Below the pieces are notes generated by a model. It did no database searches. It was not told where the DNA came from and saw only the letters and a program-made list of their open reading frames with translations. A stretch of DNA of 64,000 nucleotides, taken from Pseudomonadota bacterium (GTDB lineage Bacteria; Bdellovibrionota_G; JALEGL01; DATDPG01). The stretch's first letter is position 1, and each line of letters begins with the position of its first letter. Where the stretch lies: positions 32,001-96,000 of the forward strand of contig JAZDDX010000029.1 in NCBI GenBank assembly GCA_043809315.1, read 5' to 3'. The position numbers and the translations under genes are program-made. This document shows positions 57,276-64,000 of the stretch, piece after piece.

Positions 57276-58582
57276 CGCGCGCCGTTTAAGGCACGAAGCA
57301 GCGGATCCTTGACGGTCGCATCCTTCAGCCAACCGTCGACCAACGAGTAGATCATGATCCCGCCCAACCCTTTGGTTTTGATCCAGTTGATCTTCTCGAT
57401 GATGCTCTGCTCGTTTTCATACGTGAAATAGAACTTCTCCCCGGCTGGCACGGTCTGCCAGTACGTGGAGATCTGTGACGTCGCCGTTCCGGCGACCCAC
57501 GGAACCTTCGCCGTGTCGTCCCAGTGTTCGACCCCACCCCTGGTCAGAGCGTTCAGAACTTCTTGATACGTGGCCCAGTGGTTTCCGTACCGATTCCCGA
57601 CCCGCGTCTGCCCCGGCGCATCGTTCCCGATCCAGAGCTTCGCGTAGAACGGGATCCCCGGAGCGATGATCGAGGCTTTCATCCCGGCTTGGACGAACAT
57701 CCCGGGTCCATCGACCTCCGCCATATCCATCGGATAAACGTTCCGGGTCGAGATCCCGTCGTAGTTGTGCTGGTACTTGTACAGGTTCGGGTAGAGCGTT
57801 TGGTCCGGTTGGTGTAGCGGCGCATTGAAGCCGATCGTTTTCGTCTCCGGGTACGCCGTCGCGTTCCAGCCGCTCTCGACGTCGTCCATGTCGTACATCA
57901 TGATGTTGAACTGATCGACCGTCCGATTGATCGTCTCGACATCGTACCGACCGCAGCAGCTGTTCATCGCCGCAACCACCAGATCGCCGCGAGGGGTGCG
58001 GTCCGTCCAGGCATCCAGCTGCGTCCGGAACTTCGTGATGATGGCGTTGAACGCCTCCGCGCTGACCGGAGGCTCCCAGTCGATCTCGATCCCGTCGTAC
58101 CCGATACTCTTGGCATACCGGGAGGCTTCGTTGACGAACTTGTCGAGACTTTGCGGGTCGCTGGCCGGAAGGACGATTCCATTGCAATTCACCGTGTTGG
58201 TATTGTTGGTCACCACGGCGCACATTGTGTTCGACCCGCTTCCCCAGACACCGCCGACGCTCAAGACAACCCGAACCCCGGCGGCATGAGCGCGCGTGAT
58301 CAGGTCGGCTTGCTGGCCCCGGTAGTCCATCTCCGACGTGTCGATGTAGTTTTTTGCCGGATCGGTCAATGGTGTGGCGCAAAAATGTACGAGGTGTGTC
58401 AGCCCCTCATAGTTCATCGCGGACGGCGGCATCGTATCGGCCGACCAGGTGGCGTAGTACGCGTTGACGAAGATGGAGGCTCCGGGCCCAGGAGTCGGAG
58501 TCCCCCCCGCGCCGGTTCCCGTTCCGTCACACCCCGCGGCAAGAGCCAGAACCGTTACGATGCTGAGCCAATTGTCTTTCAT
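57272..58582 (-). CDS. GH18 chitinase-like lipoprotein
   Basis: Lipobox [52 protein letters not shown]. Confidence 0.88.
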   Translation of the reverse strand: MKDNWLSIVTVLALAAGCDGTGTGAGGTPTPGPGASIFVNAYYATWSADTMPPSAMNYEGLTHLVHFCATPLTDPAKNYIDTSEMDYRGQQADLITRAHAAGVRVVLSVGGVWGSGSNTMCAVVTNNTNTVNCNGIVLPASDPQSLDKFVNEASRYAKSIGYDGIEIDWEPPVSAEAFNAIITKFRTQLDAWTDRTPRGDLVVAAMNSCCGRYDVETINRTVDQFNIMMYDMDDVESGWNATAYPETKTIGFNAPLHQPDQTLYPNLYKYQHNYDGISTRNVYPMDMAEVDGPGMFVQAGMKASIIAPGIPFYAKLWIGNDAPGQTRVGNRYGNHWATYQEVLNALTRGGVEHWDDTAKVPWVAGTATSQISTYWQTVPAGEKFYFTYENEQSIIEKINWIKTKGLGGIMIYSLVDGWLKDATVKDPLLRALNGAR

Positions 58583-59769
58583 GGGATCGAGACGGCCGAC
58601 GAATGCGCGTTCCCCCAAGCGGTGAACGTCGTCCAATTGATATTACTGTTGATATACGCCCACGGCCAGATTCCGGCGTACCCGTTGCTCAGAAGCGTGT
58701 CGTACTGCCCCGAGGTCAGGCTCGGAGACTCGCCGACGACCATGGGGTGGTCCAGGCCGAGGTCGCTGTATTTCTGCTTGAACGGAGATACGCAGACTGT
58801 CCCGAGCTGCGGATCGTTGGTCAGACAATGGGGATCCATCCAGGAGTAATAATGGGTTTGGTAGAAATCGAGATTGAGTCGGGGGAACCCCTTTTGATCC
58901 GCGTACGCGTTGGTCCAAACCTTGTACCATTTCAATGCAGCGGAACCGATCGTCACGTAGGCGTTCGTGTTGACGTGAACGGCGGTGCTGATTTGGGAAG
59001 CGACATTGAAGAACTGAGCCATCGTGATCGGAATCGAACCCCCATCGACGTTTGTACCCTCTTCGCCGGCCGGCATCGGAAGGTTGCTGATAACCCATTC
59101 CGGTTCGTTCATGATCTCCCAGGCGAGAATCGTCGACTCGTTCGGATATTGTTGGAGAATCGGCGTGATGACGTTGTTCATGAGAGCCGTGCTCTTCGCG
59201 GCATCGGTAAATATGTTGGTATGACCACCGGCATGGGCCGTGCTCTTGGGTTTATAGAGAAATTGGAAATCGAAGAAGGTCAGGACCAGATAGATCTTGG
59301 CGGCCTTGGCAATTTGAATCCCCTTTTCCATGTTTTGGAAGAACGTGGAAGAGAGACCGGTCGGCGTGCCGTTGGCGTCGTATTGAATCCCCGCCCAGCC
59401 GTCACAGAAGATCCACCAACGGGCGACATGGACCTGCTTGCTCTTCATGTCATTGAAGTCCGCCGTGATCGCGGAGACGTTCGAGTTGATATATCCGGCG
59501 AAATCACCCCCGTACTGTTTCCAGGGGTAGTTCACACCCAGGAGATAATAGTCCCCTCCGTTCACCCGGATCGTCGACCCGGGGGGCACGCCGACCGGCG
59601 GACCTCCGGGAGTCGGTGTCGCCGTCGATGCAGCGGTTGGCGTGACGGTCGGGGTGGCGGTGTCCCCTGCCTGTTGATCGTCGTTCCGGTCGACAACGAT
59701 CGGGGAATCCCCGCAGGCTGAAACCGCGAGCATCGCGATAAAGAGGTACCCTGAGAAAGGTCTTGCCAC
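58579..59769 (-). CDS. GH5-like glycoside hydrolase lipoprotein
   Basis: Lipobox VSAC, T/P linker; GVNYPW, AWEIMNEPEW, DFYQTHYY, VVGE; GTG start. Confidence 0.85.
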   Translation of the reverse strand: MARPFSGYLFIAMLAVSACGDSPIVVDRNDDQQAGDTATPTVTPTAASTATPTPGGPPVGVPPGSTIRVNGGDYYLLGVNYPWKQYGGDFAGYINSNVSAITADFNDMKSKQVHVARWWIFCDGWAGIQYDANGTPTGLSSTFFQNMEKGIQIAKAAKIYLVLTFFDFQFLYKPKSTAHAGGHTNIFTDAAKSTALMNNVITPILQQYPNESTILAWEIMNEPEWVISNLPMPAGEEGTNVDGGSIPITMAQFFNVASQISTAVHVNTNAYVTIGSAALKWYKVWTNAYADQKGFPRLNLDFYQTHYYSWMDPHCLTNDPQLGTVCVSPFKQKYSDLGLDHPMVVGESPSLTSGQYDTLLSNGYAGIWPWAYINSNINWTTFTAWGNAHSSAVSIP

Positions 59770-59781
59770 AGCAATGGGTAT

Positions 59782-59797
59782 CGCAAAGGACGTGCCG
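59782..59797 (-). promoter_or_regulatory. Sigma54 promoter
   Basis: CGGCACGTCCTTTGCG, 14 nt upstream of GTG 59769; near-IHF TTTCAGCACGTTA at 59814-59826. Confidence 0.75.
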
Positions 59798-59860
59798 ATT
59801 CTTATCCCTGTTGTTTCAGCACGTTACGGCCGCGCTGGATCCGCCAACTACGAAATAAAG

Positions 59861-61891
59861 TCAGCGCGCGCTGTTGAGAGCACGGAGCAGCGGATCTTTG
59901 ATCGCCGCGTTCGGCAACCAGCCGTCGACGAGGGAGTAGATCATGATCCCACCCAATCCCTTGGTTTTGATCCAGTTGATCTTTTCGATGATGCTCTGCT
60001 CGTTCTCGTAGGTGAAATAGAACTTCTGTCCGGCTGAAACGGTTTGCCAGTAGGTCGAGACGGTGGTTGTCGCCGTTCCCCCGACCCACGGCACCTTCGC
60101 GGTATCGTCCCAGTGCACCACTCCACCTTTGGTCAGGGAGTTCAAAACTTCCTGATACGTGGCCCAGTGATTTCCGTATCGGTTTCCGACCCTCGGTTGC
60201 CCGGGGGCGTCGTTCCCGATCCAGAGCTTCGCGTAGAACGGGATCCCCGGAGCGATGATCGACGGGTTCATCCCGGCTTGGACGAACATCCCGGGGCCGT
60301 CGACCTCGGCGATATCCATCGGCCAAACGTTCCGGGTCGTGATCCCATCGTAGTTGTGTTGGTACTTGTAAAGATTCGGGTAGAGCGACTGATTTGGTTG
60401 ATGGAGAGGGGCATTGAAGCCGATCGTCACCGTCTCCGGATACGCCGTTGGGTTCCAGCCGCTCTCGATGTCATCCATGTCGTACATCATGATGTTGAAC
60501 TGATCGACCGTCTGGTTGATCGTCGCGACATCGTATCGGCTGCAGCAGCTGTTCATCGCCGCAACCACCAGATCCCCTCTCGGCGTGCGCGTCGTCCAGC
60601 TGTTCAACCGGACCCTAAACTTCGTGATGATGCTGTTGAACGCGGCCGCGCTCCACGGAGGCTCCCAATCGATCTCGATCCCGTCATACCCAACATTCTT
60701 GGCGTAGGTGGAGGCTTTGTTCACGAACTTGTCGAGACTTAAGGGATCGCTCGCCGGGAGAACGACGCCATTGCAGTTCGCCGTATTGGTGTTGTTGGTC
60801 ACGATTGCGCACATCGTGTTGGCGCCCGGCCCCCAAATTCCGCCTACACTCAAAACCACGCGAACGTTCGCTGCGTGCGCCAGCGTCAGGAGCTGTGACT
60901 GTTGTCCCCGGTAGTCCATTCCGGTGACGTCGATGTAGTCGATTGCCGGATCGGTCGTCGGATCGGCCGCGAAGTGAACCAGGTGCGTGAGCCCCTGATA
61001 ATTCATCGCGGACGGCGGCATCGTATCGGCCGACCAGGTGGCGTAGTACGCGTTGACGAAGATCGACGATGTTCCGCCGGGAGTGGGCGTCACGGTTGGC
61101 GTGGCCGTGGCGGTCGGAGTCGGGGTAACCGTCGGTGTCCGTGTCGGAGTTGCCGTTGCGGTCGGCGTGGGGGTCGGTGTGGCTGTCGATCCGGCGGGAG
61201 CGGTCGGTGTGGCCGTAGCGGTTGGGGTCGGTGTGGCGGTCGCGGTCGGATTTGCGCCCGAGGCCACGAGACGAACGTTGTCCACATAGAACGTGCCGGA
61301 AGCGGTGTTCGTCAAGATCGCGAGACGATTGAACTGCGCGGAACCCGGATTGAGCGTCGTCATGGGAATGGAAATCTTCTGCCATGAATCCTTCGTCGGA
61401 TACCCTTGGTCGACCTGTTTGATCAGTGTCGCCCCGTTATAGATGTCGACCAGAATCTGCTGTGAAACCGACGCGACCCGAATCTGAAACTCGAACGCCG
61501 AGTAGAGGGACGGGTCCAGTAGAGATGCCTTCTGAAGAGCCAGGGCCCCCCAACTGGCGGAAGAGACGAACTTGATCGAGGAACTCCCCTGATAGATCTG
61601 CTCTACGCTGCCGAGGCCGATCGACGAAACGGACCAGGAGGTGGTGGTATTAAAGCCGGACGCCAGACTGTCTCCGTAGATCAGAAGATCCTGATTCGAA
61701 GGAAGCGGAGTCGGCGTGGCCGTGGCGGTCGGGGTCGACGTGGGATTCTCGTTCGGTCGCGGCGTGCGCTTGTGGCGCAGATCGTTCGGGTCGGTCGTCG
61801 CAATCGTATCCGGATTCGCTCCGGTAATTTGAGAATCTCCACAGGCAGCTAACGAGAGGAGAAGGGCAGCGGTATACCAAAGACGGTTCAT
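59861..61891 (-). CDS. Lipoprotein: CBM-like beta-sandwich + Thr/Pro linker + GH18 domain
   Basis: Lipobox LAAC from ATG 61891; [28 protein letters not shown] module; GH18 domain highly similar to 57272-58582. Confidence 0.88.
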   Translation of the reverse strand: MNRLWYTAALLLSLAACGDSQITGANPDTIATTDPNDLRHKRTPRPNENPTSTPTATATPTPLPSNQDLLIYGDSLASGFNTTTSWSVSSIGLGSVEQIYQGSSSIKFVSSASWGALALQKASLLDPSLYSAFEFQIRVASVSQQILVDIYNGATLIKQVDQGYPTKDSWQKISIPMTTLNPGSAQFNRLAILTNTASGTFYVDNVRLVASGANPTATATPTPTATATPTAPAGSTATPTPTPTATATPTRTPTVTPTPTATATPTVTPTPGGTSSIFVNAYYATWSADTMPPSAMNYQGLTHLVHFAADPTTDPAIDYIDVTGMDYRGQQSQLLTLAHAANVRVVLSVGGIWGPGANTMCAIVTNNTNTANCNGVVLPASDPLSLDKFVNKASTYAKNVGYDGIEIDWEPPWSAAAFNSIITKFRVRLNSWTTRTPRGDLVVAAMNSCCSRYDVATINQTVDQFNIMMYDMDDIESGWNPTAYPETVTIGFNAPLHQPNQSLYPNLYKYQHNYDGITTRNVWPMDIAEVDGPGMFVQAGMNPSIIAPGIPFYAKLWIGNDAPGQPRVGNRYGNHWATYQEVLNSLTKGGVVHWDDTAKVPWVGGTATTTVSTYWQTVSAGQKFYFTYENEQSIIEKINWIKTKGLGGIMIYSLVDGWLPNAAIKDPLLRALNSAR
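61075..61260 (-). repeat. Low-complexity (PT/AT)n linker coding repeat
   Basis: Encodes [16 protein letters not shown]...; degenerate 6-nt periodicity. Confidence 0.85.
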
Positions 61892-61903
61892 ACCCCCCAA
61901 CAA

Positions 61904-61919
61904 AGCAAGTAGCGTTCCA
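61904..61919 (-). promoter_or_regulatory. Sigma54 promoter
   Basis: TGGAACGCTACTTGCT, 14 nt upstream of ATG 61891; AT-rich IHF-like tract at 61934-61961. Confidence 0.75.
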
Positions 61920-62049
61920 GCGACACTCGCCAGTTAAAATGCATATATATTAGCTTGTTAACGGCCGCGTCGACTCTTGTCGCTGCGCATAAAAGTCATA
62001 GAAAGGGCTTCGAGGTCGCAGTTATTTCATGACAACCAGGACTTGCGGA

Positions 62050-63346
62050 TTACGACTTGGCCTTCATTCGGGCGCCGTGATCCTTGAGAAGGCCGGTGAT
62101 CGTCGTGTCGCGCGTCGAGCAGATGTTCCCCCCCGATTCGCTGCATTTCGTGGCCGCGGTGAACTGCCAGACGAGATCGGCGCCGATCGAGGCGTTTCCC
62201 TCGATCGTGCTCCACCAGGTCGTGTAAACGTCGTTCTTGAACGTGCTGTCGGCGGTCCATCCGTCGTTCCAACCCGACCCGTACTCCCCGACGATCATCG
62301 GTTTTACGGCCGCAGCGGCGATCGCCGCGTGATCCGTAATGTAGGTGCTTCCATCGGCCGCCCAGACCCCCACCGGGTTGAAACCGAAGACGTCGGGGTA
62401 AACGTGCATCCCGGCAAAATCGATCTCCGGAATCGCCGTGTTGGCGATGTAACTCGTCCCCTCGCCGGCCCGCATGAAGTACGTATTGCTGTACGTCGTG
62501 GCATAAGCCGACGGGCTTCCCTCATCAAATCCTTCTTCTCCCGTTGCGACCATGTGATTTGTGTCGATCGACTTGAGGTACTTCGCCATCTCTTGATACC
62601 AATCCCGAAGGATCGACTCGTTCGCGCCGGGATTGCGCGCTTCGTTCATCAGTTCCCAAGAAAAGATCACCGGTTCGTCTTTGTACGCCACCCCCGTGGC
62701 CGTGTTCACGCGATTCGCCAACATCGAGAGATACGCCTTGTACCAAGTTTTGATCTGCGCGCTCGTGAAGAAGTGGTTCGCCTCGGCGGCGGTCGGGTTA
62801 TGCCCCCCCGCTCCCGCGAACCCGTCCCACTTCACGTACTGGCAGACCCCGCCGAGCTCCTGCCAGTAGTTGGCGGCGGTCAGGATCACGTAGAGGCCGC
62901 GATCCTTGATCTTCTTGACCACCTGATCGAGGTACGTGAGCGCTGTCTCGTCGTAAACTTCGGCCGCGGTCTGGATGACCGGTTCCCCGGCGAGCGTCCC
63001 GCAATCCGATCCGTCGTAGAACGCCCAGATCCGGATGACCCGGACATCGTTAGCGGCAAAAAGATCCAGGGCGGTGTCGACGACGTTGGAATTCAGTTTT
63101 TGATAGACCTGAAGATAGTAGGCGTTCGTCCCCGCGGAGTAGAAGTTCGCCCCGCTCACGCGGAACTTTCCCTCGGAGGCACGCATAATCGGAGGCACGC
63201 ATAAAAGGACTTGAGTCGGACGGCGTGGCGGTCGGCGTTGCCCCCGTACCGTTCGACGAACTACACCCCGCGATCAGGGCCGAGACAGTCAGAATTCCGA
63301 GCCATCGTCCCTTCCTATTCCGGTCCACCGAAGAGAAGAATACCAT
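62050..63346 (-). pseudogene. GH5 beta-mannanase-like lipoprotein frameshifted by a 16-bp tandem duplication
   Basis: Catalytic ORF 62050-63198 (GTNAYY, RIWAF, N.W...GG..Y, SWELMNEAR, GEEGF, HVYP, GEYG); the signal peptide/lipobox IAGC is in a different frame from ATG 63346; removing one 16-bp copy gives one 426-aa ORF. Confidence 0.8.
63173..63204. repeat. Perfect 16-bp tandem duplication
   Basis: TCGGAGGCACGCATAA at 63173-63188 and 63189-63204. Confidence 0.95.
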
Positions 63347-63428
63347 GTGCAGGTGCTTCCGGCTCGCAGTGAGACGTGAATGTCTCCCCGCTCCGACCGG
63401 TAAATGCCTGAATCTAAAGCCACAAGTC

Positions 63429-63444
63429 TGGCACGTGGCGTGCA
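63429..63444 (+). promoter_or_regulatory. Sigma54-like promoter
   Basis: TGGCACGTGGCGTGCA (GG-N10-GC), 16 nt before ATG 63459. Confidence 0.55.
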
Positions 63445-63458
63445 GCTTTCTCGGGAAT

Positions 63459-63998
63459 ATGGGGTGGACCCGTCTGGCCACGGTTTGCGCGCTCTTCGCC
63501 TTCCTCGTTCCGTTGCGAAGCGAGGGGGGCGCGATCGGGCGCTGCCTTTGCCACGCGACTCCCGACAAGGAGGTTCTCCCTAACGGTTTCAAAGGATTGA
63601 CGGTCGATGCTCCTCTCGTCCACGAGATCGGGGAGAAGACCGTCGATTTCTATGGCATGGAGAGGAAGATCCAGATCGACCGCATCGTCTATTCGGACAC
63701 CTACCCCTTCCCGTCGATGGATCTCTGCTTGGCCACCATGCCGGGAATGTGCGACCAGCAGTGTACCGTCGGAATCACCGGAAAGATTTTCGCAAAGGCG
63801 TCCCCCGAACTGACCGCCTGTCGGGACGACCCCTTGAGCTGCATGAAGATCATGTCGTCTCACATGTGCTTGAGCACCCCCGACGAACCGACCCAACATA
63901 TGGTGCCGTGGTCGATTGGCAAGGAGGTCACGCGGGAGCTGTACGAGAAATACCGGAAGATTCAGTTCTCATTCCCCACCGTCCGGATCCCCTGGGCG
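63459..63998 (+). CDS. Secreted Cys-rich hypothetical protein; partial, runs off the right edge (not in ORF track)
   Basis: MGWTRLATVCALFAFLVPLRSEGGAIGRCLCH...; frame is open to the end of the window. Confidence 0.7.
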   Translation, partial: MGWTRLATVCALFAFLVPLRSEGGAIGRCLCHATPDKEVLPNGFKGLTVDAPLVHEIGEKTVDFYGMERKIQIDRIVYSDTYPFPSMDLCLATMPGMCDQQCTVGITGKIFAKASPELTACRDDPLSCMKIMSSHMCLSTPDEPTQHMVPWSIGKEVTRELYEKYRKIQFSFPTVRIPWA

Positions 63999-64000
63999 CA

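Noticed and set aside
61075-61745. Short periodic repeats resembling an array
   Set aside because: They encode Thr/Pro linkers in frame; no constant repeat with unique spacers and no cas genes, so not CRISPR.
63050-63899. ORFs 63050-63592, 63414-63899 and 63607-63813 as independent genes
   Set aside because: The first is the frameshifted N-terminus of the GH5 gene; the others are shadows of the partial gene starting at 63459.
1-64000. tRNA, rRNA, IS, integrase or prophage
   Set aside because: No cloverleaf, rRNA-like, transposase, integrase or phage structural motifs recognised by eye; small structured RNAs cannot be excluded without Infernal.

Overview
GC-rich bacterial chromosome segment whose gene content and order (carD-ispDF, rpsA-sppA-HIT, acpP-fabF-rpiB-glyA, PilZ and PEGA proteins) resemble a deltaproteobacterial/Bdellovibrionota-Myxococcota-like diderm (inference, not proven). 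About 60 genes. Housekeeping blocks are ald, a CoA-transferase, ppdK, carD-ispD-ispF, rarA, metG, leuS-holA, rpsT/rpsA-sppA-HIT and yceD-rpmF-acpP-fabF-rpiB-glyA. They are interspersed with many orphan secreted proteins and lipoproteins and two toxin-antitoxin modules (MNT-HEPN, HicAB). The right third is accessory. It holds a 13-kb glyco-tailoring locus (a methyltransferase, 4 glycosyltransferases, a Twitch/SPASM radical SAM enzyme, two paralogous cobalamin-type radical SAM enzymes, an ABC exporter, a deacetylase-like protein and a small orphan gene). This locus converges on a battery of four lipoprotein glycoside hydrolases (GH5/GH18/GH5/GH18). Features not in the ORF track: eight sigma54-type promoter motifs, three of them exactly 14 nt from the start codon (leaderless geometry); a 16-bp tandem duplication that frameshifts the GH5 mannanase away from its lipoprotein signal; a 57-aa sigma54/IHF-linked small gene; a TMTC-like gene whose conserved DD motif lies upstream of any canonical start; and partial genes at both edges. 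No tRNA, rRNA, CRISPR array or transposase was recognised.
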